Translations under genes and position numbers: made by a program | Part shown: piece after piece, positions 22,797 through 31,900 of the stretch | Numbering within the stretch: position 1 is the stretch's first letter | Layout of the letters: each line of letters begins with the position of its first letter | IMG/VR virus record: IMGVR_UViG_3300025674_000129 | Coordinates: 1 to 38,456 of that record | From: a virus | Taxonomy: Duplodnaviria; Caudoviricetes | DNA length: 38,456 nt | Direction: 5' to 3' (one strand) | The notes under the pieces: model-generated | Database searches by the model: none | Told to the model about the DNA's origin: nothing | Seen by the model: the letters and a program-made list of their open reading frames with translations, nothing else

Positions 22797-24594
22797 GATA
22801 ATCCTTACGTCCTCCGTATCTGCTGGCAAACGACTTCGTTTCTACCTGCTCTTCCCAGTCCTCATAGTCTTTGTATCTCCCGTTCACTGGGTCATACGAT
22901 AGCTTTGCACTCCCGACTGTACCAATCCACTTGAATCGGCACTTCCAACTGTGAACCTCTATGTATTCACCCAACCTATGGACTGTGATTCCGCAGTCAG
23001 CCTTGGCAAACCACGCCGCACTCCCGCTGATATGGTTGCCGTTGGGCACCGGCATTGTGCCGTTCTCGTTGGCCCTCATCTTTGCAGGGTGTGCGATGAA
23101 CCAGATGTGCAGATCACATGACCGTGCGAACTGAACCATACGAGTCAGCATGTCGCTGATCGCCTGATGCTCCTGATCGTTAGTGTTCTGCGCTATGTAG
23201 TTGTAAGGATCGATCACTAACCCACGACATCCCAGCCTCATCACTGCCTGCTTGGTACGGTCTATGATGTTATCGATGGTGGCGGCCTCGCCGTCTTTGC
23301 TGTCGAGGAATGCAAAGTGATCGTTGACCCAGCCCCTAGCCTCAGTCATCTCAGCCTCAGTCATACGCTCTGTCTGTCCCTCAAAGAAGGGCTTACGCAT
23401 ACGCTTCTCAGCAAGCTTAATGATGTGCATCGCTGGCGGGTTCTCAAAGCTAGCGATAGCAAACTTCCAATCGTGTTCTTCAGCGAGGTTGACCATCACA
23501 GAGTCAATCCATTCGCTCTTTCCTGATCCCGGCAGGCCGGTGACCACCGTCAACTGCCCCTCCAAGATCGTGTAAATACCGTCCAGTCCAGCGTAACCAG
23601 TGGACTTACCGTTCATCAGCCCCCTGTCATACAAGAACTGCACGTCATCTGAGTAATCGTCTGCCGAGTACACGCCCACCAATGGTGTCGGTGTAGCCTC
23701 CTCTACCAGATCTGCAAGGTACTCAGGGCCGTGCTTCATCAGCACATCATTAGCATCCTTGCAGCCTTCAGGGATCTCAAGGTGGTAGCACTTGGCTCTA
23801 CCCACGCGACGCATGATCTCTTCACCCAGAGCCTCTCCCGGCTCATCGGTGTCCATCGCTAGCACAATCTTCTCTGCCTTCTCAAAGATGTCTTTACTCT
23901 TCCACAGGTAGGCGAACTTGCGATCTTCTTCTGGATCTACCTTGCGGTTACTGACCTTCTGAGGCGCACCGTTTGGGACTGACACCACCAATGTATCATC
24001 CCGTTTGCCTATGGCATCAACGATTGATACAGCATCCATCTCACCCTCAGTGATGATCACTGTGGTAAGGGTATCGCCGGGGTCGTTCTCTATATTCCAG
24101 AGGGTTTGTGCCGCTCCATCTTGAATAAACTTCTTCCCCTCCGTGCTACGCCATTTCGCTGCGGTTGTTGTGGATAGGCCATTAGATCCCCTGTCTCCGT
24201 ACCCGAACCCAACCGCTGGCAAGTCTCCAGCACCATGAAAGTAGTGATGCCCACCCATGATCTTGAGATGTACAACCCTATCGGGAGTAATCCCACGGGA
24301 CACAAGGAAGTTGTTGAGTATGAGAGGATCTAGCTTGGCCTTGTTGGTGATCGGCCTTACCTTTACAGGCTCATCAATATCGAAGTCTCTGTCCACCGTA
24401 TCCCGATGCCTCACCTTGCCCGACATATCGCAGTGCCAGCAGTTATACAACAACCCTTCGCCGTCTTCCGTAATGCTTAGTGTTTTCTCTCCCTTCTTCT
24501 TTCGATGCGGCCCACATTCTGGGCATTGATGCCTGCCATCCCCTAGCTGGCGAATAGAATAGTCAAGATCCCCATCGTTCATTTGTGGTTCCAT
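22768..24594 (-). CDS. DNA primase-helicase (T7 gp4 / Twinkle-like)
   Basis: Zn finger CPEC...CWHC, TOPRIM ITEGEMDA and D.DEPG, KDAND, Walker A GLPGSGKS, VIDPYN, AHP motifs. Confidence 0.92.
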   Translation of the reverse strand: MEPQMNDGDLDYSIRQLGDGRHQCPECGPHRKKKGEKTLSITEDGEGLLYNCWHCDMSGKVRHRDTVDRDFDIDEPVKVRPITNKAKLDPLILNNFLVSRGITPDRVVHLKIMGGHHYFHGAGDLPAVGFGYGDRGSNGLSTTTAAKWRSTEGKKFIQDGAAQTLWNIENDPGDTLTTVIITEGEMDAVSIVDAIGKRDDTLVVSVPNGAPQKVSNRKVDPEEDRKFAYLWKSKDIFEKAEKIVLAMDTDEPGEALGEEIMRRVGRAKCYHLEIPEGCKDANDVLMKHGPEYLADLVEEATPTPLVGVYSADDYSDDVQFLYDRGLMNGKSTGYAGLDGIYTILEGQLTVVTGLPGSGKSEWIDSVMVNLAEEHDWKFAIASFENPPAMHIIKLAEKRMRKPFFEGQTERMTEAEMTEARGWVNDHFAFLDSKDGEAATIDNIIDRTKQAVMRLGCRGLVIDPYNYIAQNTNDQEHQAISDMLTRMVQFARSCDLHIWFIAHPAKMRANENGTMPVPNGNHISGSAAWFAKADCGITVHRLGEYIEVHSWKCRFKWIGTVGSAKLSYDPVNGRYKDYEDWEEQVETKSFASRYGGRKDYHERESDWDI

Positions 24595-24636
24595 AAGTTT
24601 CTCCTTCTTGTGAACCGTTTCTGATTGTGATATTTA

Positions 24637-24707
24637 TAGAACGTTCCACTGTAGAACGTCCTATTTAACCGAAGGTTATTTAGAACGTTCTACGATAGAA
24701 CGTTCTA
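24637..24707. repeat. cluster 2 of TAGAACGTTCTA palindromic repeats (4 copies)
   Basis: copies at 24637, 24652, 24681 and 24696; central hairpin TAACC-GAA-GGTTA. Confidence 0.9.
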
Positions 24708-24948
24708 TTGCCCCCCTCAGTTTTAGCACGGCATCTTTAGCAGTCTTAGTTCGTCTCGCACCAAGATCCGCCTTCGCCACCGCATAACTAATTTCTACAA
24801 AGTCCTCTTTTAACAATCCCGCTTCTTCCCAGAGATCAAACTGATCGATGTTGATCAGCCATCTAAATGCTTGCGCCCTGATCTCTTCATCTTTATCTGC
24901 CATATCCAACAGCGTTTGCTCCAGTACTGACTGGGCTAAGTTACGCAT
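24676..24948 (-). CDS. hypothetical protein
   Basis: likely start MRNLAQSV at 24948 overlapping the rusA end. Confidence 0.55.
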   Translation of the reverse strand: MRNLAQSVLEQTLLDMADKDEEIRAQAFRWLINIDQFDLWEEAGLLKEDFVEISYAVAKADLGARRTKTAKDAVLKLRGAIERSIVERSK

Positions 24949-25303
24949 CGATCTGCTCAACCAATATCTCAGACCGAGGGTTCTCTTTGTCGAGGCCGTG
25001 GAATATGTGCTTCTCTTTGACCTGTCTATCGTTGGTGTAAGCATGACCCTCAAGACAATCCAAGATCACAGACTCATCTAGGTCTGGCCTTCGCGTCTTG
25101 TAGTAGATAGTCATTGTCACCCGCACGTCTCCCTCAAGCAGCACATCTAGTGTTGGGCACTGCTTCTCAAACTCAGCGACATAGTCACGAGCCTTCTGGC
25201 TCTTGATGAATCTCGGCCTGCCACCAAACGTAACCAGCTTCCTGCTGTTCGCCTTCGATGCAGGTTCTCCGTAAATCGTTGTGTGAAAGGTGTTGTTCTT
25301 CAT
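24941..25303 (-). CDS. rusA: RusA-family Holliday junction resolvase
   Basis: GEP.SK.N, RPDLD....D.L......D.QV and D..NPR.EI.V motifs; likely start at 25303. Confidence 0.8.
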   Translation of the reverse strand: MKNNTFHTTIYGEPASKANSRKLVTFGGRPRFIKSQKARDYVAEFEKQCPTLDVLLEGDVRVTMTIYYKTRRPDLDESVILDCLEGHAYTNDRQVKEKHIFHGLDKENPRSEILVEQIDA

Positions 25304-25321
25304 GTCGATAGTCGTTATACT
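25293..25321 (+). promoter_or_regulatory. putative sigma70-type promoter for the recombination operon
   Basis: TTGTTC-17 nt-TATACT followed by AAGGAGG RBS and ATG at 25345. Confidence 0.5.
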
Positions 25322-25344
25322 CTCACGCCAGAAGGAGGAACACA

Positions 25345-25617
25345 ATGAGTAAAATCACTGATTGGATTATTGAGCAGGAGGAGAGCGGAGAGATCGCCTT
25401 CAACGAAGAGGACAACTTGTATGAACCTAGAAATCAAACGCGACGTAAACATGGACGTACCCCAGCCCGGAGAACCAATGCCCAAGATACCATTCGGGGA
25501 GATGTTTCTGAAGGACGCAGTGGATATTCCGGTGACCGAAGACGAAGTAGTCAGACGGTTGAGCGCCGTAAGGAGCGCCTACAGACGCTGGCAAGATCGA
25601 TCTGGGGCAGGAAGTGA
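25345..25617 (+). CDS. hypothetical protein
   Basis: strong AAGGAGG RBS; overlaps the next ORF by 197 nt. Confidence 0.5.
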   Translation: MSKITDWIIEQEESGEIAFNEEDNLYEPRNQTRRKHGRTPARRTNAQDTIRGDVSEGRSGYSGDRRRSSQTVERRKERLQTLARSIWGRK

Positions 25618-25756
25618 GAGGGAATTTTACATTGGTAAGCACCAACAGGGTGATCAATTAAGTATCCGCGTCTATTGCAAGAAGGGGCCAGAGCGAAATG
25701 AAAGTAACGAACAACCACAACCTACCGCCGACCATAGTTTCGGCTCTCAGTCGTGA
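25421..25756 (+). CDS. hypothetical (possibly DNA-binding) protein
   Basis: GAGG upstream of MNLEIKRDV; K.PF.EM...D pattern seen in small phage proteins. Confidence 0.5.
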   Translation: MNLEIKRDVNMDVPQPGEPMPKIPFGEMFLKDAVDIPVTEDEVVRRLSAVRSAYRRWQDRSGAGSEREFYIGKHQQGDQLSIRVYCKKGPERNESNEQPQPTADHSFGSQS

Positions 25757-26570
25757 TGACTACACCCGTGGTAAGAGCCATCGTTCTGTCACCCAGCTAA
25801 TCGATTCCCCTCAGGTACGCATCTTACGAGAGCGTCACTGGGACAGTCTTACTGAGGATGTCAGTGAAAAGATGTGGTCTGTACTGGGCACTGCTGTTCA
25901 CAAGGTGTTCGAGGATCACACTGAAGGTGATGTCATTAGCGAAGAGAGACTCTTCGTTGAGGTAGATGACTGGGTCATCAGTGGCGCTATTGATCTGCAA
26001 GATGCACGAGGCATCGTGGACTACAAATGCACCAGCGTGTGGTCAGTAATCCATGACAAGATCGAATGGGAGCTTCAATTAAACGCATACGCTTGGCTGA
26101 TGCGACATGCCAAGAACGTCAACCCGCAAGAGCTACGCATTGTGGCAGTCATGCGGGATTGGAACCGCAGACAGGCTGAGAGCGATGTCACCTATCCGCA
26201 GGCACCCATCGCTGAGTTGCCTATCACCCGATGGTCAGACGGTGATCAGGATGCCTACATGGAAGAGCGTATTGCTTTGCATCAGGACGCAGAGTTCCGA
26301 AGCTTCAGCGACGAACCCCTGCCTCCATGCACAGACGTTGATCGCTGGACACGTCCAACAACCTATGCCGCCAAGAAGACAACAAACAAACGTGCGTTGA
26401 AAGTTTTCGATTCGATGGAAGAAGCCGAGTCTTTTCTTGAGAAGCGTGGACACGCCGACAGCAAGTGGCATGAAGTAGAGGTGCGGCAGGGAACGCATGT
26501 GAGATGTGATCAAAACTGGTGCCGTGTCGCTGAGTTCTGTGAGCAGCACCAAGGGAGACCTAATGATTGA
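25698..26570 (+). CDS. PD-(D/E)XK exonuclease (Cas4/RecB-like)
   Basis: S.TQL, GTAVH, E.RL, SG.ID.....I.DYK, QLN.Y motifs and a C-terminal Cys cluster. Confidence 0.8.
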   Translation: MKVTNNHNLPPTIVSALSRDDYTRGKSHRSVTQLIDSPQVRILRERHWDSLTEDVSEKMWSVLGTAVHKVFEDHTEGDVISEERLFVEVDDWVISGAIDLQDARGIVDYKCTSVWSVIHDKIEWELQLNAYAWLMRHAKNVNPQELRIVAVMRDWNRRQAESDVTYPQAPIAELPITRWSDGDQDAYMEERIALHQDAEFRSFSDEPLPPCTDVDRWTRPTTYAAKKTTNKRALKVFDSMEEAESFLEKRGHADSKWHEVEVRQGTHVRCDQNWCRVAEFCEQHQGRPND

Positions 26571-26844
26571 GAATGACCGAGAGGTGTACGAAAAGATGGT
26601 AGCCATCTGGTCTATCACTCGGATACCACAGTTGCAGATGAATCCCACCGTCGCAAATGTTTCATTTAAGTGGGAACGAGGAGAGATCGCTGCCATACCG
26701 TTCACCATGTTTGATGAACTGGCACCGATAGAGATCGTGATTCTTTTAGAAAAACAGATGGAGAAAAACTATGGCATCAACGCCACAAAATTCAGAGCCG
26801 ACCTTTCAGGATATTTGGCAGACCCTTTCAGCAGTCAACGTTGA
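26563..26844 (+). CDS. hypothetical protein
   Basis: GGGAG RBS; start MIENDRE at 26563. Confidence 0.5.
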   Translation: MIENDREVYEKMVAIWSITRIPQLQMNPTVANVSFKWERGEIAAIPFTMFDELAPIEIVILLEKQMEKNYGINATKFRADLSGYLADPFSSQR

Positions 26845-27463
26845 ATCTTTCGTAGAGACCAAGATGGGTCTTCGCTACCTGTCATGGGCGCACGGGTGGA
26901 TGACCCTGATGGATCATTACCCCAACGCGATCATGGACTTCCCTCACAACGAAGTGCATGAGGACGGCAGCGTCACAGTACATTGCTCAATCGTGATAGG
27001 AGCGTTGGCTCGACACATGTGGCTGCCAGTGATGAACAACAAGAACCAAGCCATCGTCAGACCTAACGCACGGGACATATCCGATGCCAAGATGCGGTGC
27101 CTAGTGAAGTGCATGGCGCTGTTTGGTCTGGGCATGTACGTCTACGCTGGCGAGGATCTTCCTCAGGCAGAGCAGCCTGTTGCCGAAGTCAAAGGCAAGC
27201 CAGCCAAGAAGCCTGAACCGAAGAAGCCTGAACCTGATGAGGACGGCATCGACTATAGCCAAGAGCCTCATGCTCAAGCGTTCTTAAAGATTTGGAATGA
27301 TTGGCTACCCGAACATTCTGATGTGGCGGGTCTGTACCGAAACAACAAAGGCACAATCACCACCATTCAGAACCATCACCCTGCGATCTATGAAGAGATC
27401 AAGCAGGCTTACCAACGGCGCAAGGCTGAGATTGCTACCGCCAACACAGAAGGAGAAGGCTAA
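26771..27463 (+). CDS. Sak/Rad52-like single-strand annealing protein (DUF1071)
   Basis: L.YLSWA, LPVMN.KN and MRCLVK..A.FGLG.YVYAGEDLP motifs. Confidence 0.8.
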   Translation: MASTPQNSEPTFQDIWQTLSAVNVESFVETKMGLRYLSWAHGWMTLMDHYPNAIMDFPHNEVHEDGSVTVHCSIVIGALARHMWLPVMNNKNQAIVRPNARDISDAKMRCLVKCMALFGLGMYVYAGEDLPQAEQPVAEVKGKPAKKPEPKKPEPDEDGIDYSQEPHAQAFLKIWNDWLPEHSDVAGLYRNNKGTITTIQNHHPAIYEEIKQAYQRRKAEIATANTEGEG

Positions 27464-27798
27464 TGCCTGACTATTCACTCGCTGAAAAAAGCAAAGGAAC
27501 GCTCTACAACGAGGGCGACAAGCGCAAGTCTGACAAGGCTCCGCACTTCCGTGGCAAGGTCGTTGTCACCAGAGAGCAGGCGAAGCACATTGCGGCGCAC
27601 TTTAAGGGAGATCCTAACCTTGAGTCCGTAGACTTCCGCCTCGCGGCTTGGAAGAACCAAGGAGACAGCGGGGTTTACCTCAGTCTTAGCGGAGAGACCA
27701 TGCCGCCTGACGGCGCACAGGCCGCACCACCGCCTGTCGCAGCCCCGCAACCAGTCAGCGATGGCTTGGATGACTTCGAGGATGACATTCCGTTCTAG
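27463..27798 (+). CDS. putative ssDNA-binding protein
   Basis: K.P.FRG and AAW motifs, P/A linker, acidic DDIPF C-terminal tail. Confidence 0.7.
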   Translation: MPDYSLAEKSKGTLYNEGDKRKSDKAPHFRGKVVVTREQAKHIAAHFKGDPNLESVDFRLAAWKNQGDSGVYLSLSGETMPPDGAQAAPPPVAAPQPVSDGLDDFEDDIPF

Positions 27799-27800
27799 TC

Positions 27801-28217
27801 ATGAGACCAGTATACGAAAGTCAAAGCGACATCGATTACGAAAAGCATGTCGCTGATGTCTTTGCCAGCAGGCATCGGATGGATTGGGTGCGGAACCCAT
27901 CGAAGTATCCGATAGACATCAGCTTCATGCGAGGCGATAGCATCGTGCTATTCGGTGAGATCAAGTGCCGCAAGGTGAACAAGGATACCTATCCCACCTA
28001 CATGATATCGGTGTCAAAAATAATGGCGGCTAGGGCGCTCACGAATGCAACGGGTGTTGAGTGCCTGTTGATTGTGAAGTGGAGAGATAACTGTGGCTAC
28101 ATAAACCTAAACAAAGATCCCGACAGCGTCGGGTTTGGCGGGAGGGTGGATCGTAATGACAATCAGGACTTGGAGCCTGTTGCCTACTACGAGATCAGCC
28201 GATTTAAGGGATTTTAA
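27801..28217 (+). CDS. putative PD-(D/E)XK-fold nuclease
   Basis: Y.ID.........EIKCR motif. Confidence 0.55.
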   Translation: MRPVYESQSDIDYEKHVADVFASRHRMDWVRNPSKYPIDISFMRGDSIVLFGEIKCRKVNKDTYPTYMISVSKIMAARALTNATGVECLLIVKWRDNCGYINLNKDPDSVGFGGRVDRNDNQDLEPVAYYEISRFKGF

Positions 28218-28219
28218 TT

Positions 28220-28720
28220 ATGGAAACTAAAAGCACACAACGTGGCAAGAAGGTTAGTCGAAAGATCGTTAACCATTTGGAGTCGATGGTTGGATCAAGT
28301 GTATCTGACTGGGGCATGTCTAGAACAGCAGCGATCACTGAACTTTCCAAGAAGATTGGAGTGACGTTCAACACACTAAAGAAAGTGTTGGAGAATGATC
28401 GCAGTCGTGTCTTTGCAAAGACATATGAACGCATCATTGATTGGTACGAAATCGATACGGACGAATCGTTGGACGTACTAGAGTTGACGCCTCACGACAT
28501 AGCAAACAGCCCCGCACACTACACCGACAGCGGTATCGAATGTATCGATGCTATGGTCGCAGTGTTTGGTGAACAGCGCGTCATGGAGTATGCAGAGATC
28601 TCTGCGTTCAAGTACAAGTGGAGGGCTGGGAAGAAGGGCAGCGAGTCGGACGCTCTGTTGGATAAGGCCAAGGACATCTGGTACACCCGCTACTCAATGG
28701 GTGACGATCCACGGAAATGA
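28220..28720 (+). CDS. HTH-like N-terminus fused to a DUF3310 (T7 gp1.7-like) domain
   Basis: ELSKKIGVTFNTL helix pair; NSP.HY....IECIDA and KY.WRAG.K motifs. Confidence 0.65.
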   Translation: METKSTQRGKKVSRKIVNHLESMVGSSVSDWGMSRTAAITELSKKIGVTFNTLKKVLENDRSRVFAKTYERIIDWYEIDTDESLDVLELTPHDIANSPAHYTDSGIECIDAMVAVFGEQRVMEYAEISAFKYKWRAGKKGSESDALLDKAKDIWYTRYSMGDDPRK

Positions 28721-28902
28721 AAACGTTAACCGCCACGCTGCTAATGTTCGTTGCGATGTGCGCTTACGCGCACATCCATCAGTGGGAGTTTGTAAGTAGC
28801 TACAATGGCGCGAGTGGAGACCAGATCTGTGTCTGGTCTTGCACTTTCTCAGGACAGGATCACACGATTCAAACAGTCGGCTGCTGGAACCCTAACGACT
28901 AG
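28717..28902 (+). CDS. small exported protein
   Basis: MKTLTATLLMFVAMCAYA signal-peptide-like N-terminus; Cys residues in the mature part. Confidence 0.5.
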   Translation: MKTLTATLLMFVAMCAYAHIHQWEFVSSYNGASGDQICVWSCTFSGQDHTIQTVGCWNPND

Positions 28903-28903
28903 G

Positions 28904-31900
28904 TCACCGCAGCCCAGACCCCACATCAAATGCCGGGATCTCTATCTGCTGCCGCATCAATGGCACAACCTCAAGGTATCGACGCTTGCGTATCTCCACC
29001 TCTCTGATTCGCTCCTGCTTCTCTTCAGGAGAGATATCCATGCGGCGTATCGCCTGTTCTTCTTTCCTGAGACGCGACAAGCCACGCCGGATCTCCGCCT
29101 GCTCACGATACATTGGCAGCAGGTATTCCCTACCAGCTATGTACCTTTCGGCCTGATCTAGCTTGCCATCTTTACGCAGCTTGCTGTACGTCTTGTACAC
29201 CTGATCTACATAGGTAGCCATGTCGTAGAACTCTTCAGTTCTCCCTGCGCCAAACTCTCTTGTAAAGAATCGCCGCAGCAATGGGCTGTCGTATACAGGA
29301 CGCGCCGGTAGGATTTTGGTTTGATCTCCAGTGAGAAGCTCTGACCTCAATGCTGCGTCAGACATTGCCAGCACATAGCTACCAATCGTCCCGGTGTACC
29401 CCCTAATAAGGTGATCCATCTTGATTGGGCTGAGATCGAATGGCGCAAACTCTGCCGCCAGCTTTGCGACCTCTGAGGTGCTGCTAAGAACCTGAGCTTC
29501 TCCAGCTAAACTGCTGCTCATGTATTGAGGAACAATAGCTCTGCCAGTGAAGCCATTGTAGTTTGCTATTGTCTCAATCAACGGTGCAACTATCTGTGGC
29601 CCCGTCACAGGAACTTCCAGTGTGCTAACAATAGCCCTTTGCAGTGACTCACGAGTCTGTCTGCCGGTTGTATCGCCGGTCATCTCGCGCATCATGCGCT
29701 CTGGCAGGGTCTTAAACAGCAAGCCAACTTCAAATGGGATCGGATATTTCAATGCAGGGATGTCCCCCGGCATTGGGATGATCCAGTTGTTGTCTCGCTC
29801 TTCTTCTGTTGCCTCTTGGTAGTCCTCTGAATCGCTCACCAGCAGGTAGTACATTGCACTAGCGCCAGCAAGGATGCCTGCTCGTGCAACGAAGGAACCA
29901 AATGCTTTGCGTCTGCTCAACTCTTTGTTCGAGCTTCTGACTCCAGTCGCTGCATTCAGCAGAAGATCCAGACCTTGAATCCTTGCATTCAGGAACGGCA
30001 CCGCCGTAGTCAATAGCCGCATCACGGGGTGTGAGCCACGGCGACCAAAGTTCATTACTTCTAATGCTTGGAACTCTGCCTCTGCCCTGTCCCCTGTACG
30101 CGCAAGCACATCATCATGGACTGCCTTGCGGGTGGCAAAGTCCGATCTGGTTGTCACATCACCTAGACCATCCCAGATTTTCATCAACAACTTCGTTGTG
30201 ATGGCCCTGTCATCCTTGATTGCGCCCTGATCTCGCAGTTGCTTGGTCATAAACTTGCCGATGTCGGCTGGATCTTTCGAGAAGTCGTAACCGCCGACAA
30301 CACCAGACCGCTCAAGCTCTGACATATCTTTTGCAAACGCCCCGAGAGTGTCCGCAATCGGAATAAAGCTTGCTCCAGAGGTTTGATACGCGGACAGCGT
30401 GTCTCGCATCATGTTAGCAGCAACAAACGGCGGTGCCCTTGTAACAGTTTCGCGCAAGATGTTTGCAGGAACGCCGAAGATGGTGTTGAGGAAGTCGTAG
30501 CCAGCACCACCTTCCATCGGTTGCAGAGACGTAAAGACAAGAGGGTCTTCGATAACGAACTTCCTGTCTTTGCCTTGAACCCTGAAGGTAACAACGTTAA
30601 GACCCTTACCTGACTTGCCCTTTGGCAACTCGTAAGCAAGGCCATAACGTACCATATTCCGTACCACTCGCTGCTGGGCCACGTTGTTCATGCCCATGCT
30701 GATTGCGGCAGCCATGTTGGTCGTGATTGCATCAAGTAACGGTACGTTGAGCGCGGTATCAGTGCCTGTTATCCCCTTGAAGCTGCCTGCTGTGGTCAGA
30801 CCGCCGAACATATTGGGCGCATTGGGCACATCCCTGCCCTCTGCTTGACGATAGAACGGCACGTAGTCTGACTGAGCAGCCCATATCTCTGCCATCTCTG
30901 CATCAAGAACGCCTGTGTCTCGCATGAACTGGATGGTCTTTGCATTGTATGCCTGCCAAACCTCATACCAGTCCTTAATCTCTGGATGGTTTCGCTCTAC
31001 ATACTGGATGATTTGTAGCTGTTCTTCTGGAGTGCCGGGAGAATCTATCCCTCGTTTACGCAGCCCCTCTGCTCGTCTTGCAATGGCATAAGCTTGGGCA
31101 TCTTTCTCTAGTGAACCCTTGTCGTTGAACAGTAGACCCATGACTCCCGCCAGTCCCCTGAACTGCACGGTCTCTCCGGGCCTGCTTGAGTCTGCTGAGA
31201 AGGTGTGGCTGAAGTCCTCTACCGTGGTACGCCCATCCTTGTACACGGCGTTGCCGTACTTGATCGCAGCACCAGCGATAGCATTAGATCTGTCGGCTGC
31301 CATCAGCGCAGGCAGGGCAGCAGAGCTTGCCATGACATCTCTATCAAGCGTCTTCTCAAGCGCCTCAAACTGTGCGTACCGGAATACCGTTCCTTGCTTC
31401 AAGGCAGTAATGAAGTTGCGTATCGGCCCACGCTCAAGAACGTTTAGATATGTCTCGCCGGGAGTGATGTTGGCTGGGTTGGCAACCAGCTTGTCCATTG
31501 TCCTCTGCACATCGACGGGTCTCTCTGGCTCGTTGCCACGAGAGAACATGATCTGCTGCTCACGGGACAGCTTCTGCCCTTTGTCTGGATCAGCAGCGAC
31601 AGCCTGTGCGTATGGATCTGCGCTTGGGTTTATCTTTGGAGCGTAGCCAGAGGCAAAGTCTTTCGCCTTCTCTGCGTTAGCCTCGACAGTAGCCTTGACC
31701 TGTCCGTCAGGTATGCGCTTACGAGCTAGATCTGTATCTGCTCTGGAAGCTCCGCTTCTTCTTCGGCTGAAAGCTGGCCCTCCAGCTTCTGGTCTGGATA
31801 CGCTAGCGTAAGATACGTTGTCCTCGTAAGTGGGAGGTTGCTCGCCTTTAGGTACTGCATCACGGGGTCTATCGGCCCAGTCTGGGTTGGGGATTTGTCC

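Noticed and set aside
25698-26570. Cas4-like nuclease as evidence of a CRISPR system
   Set aside because: It sits with Sak-like and SSB-like genes in an ordinary phage recombination module; no array is present
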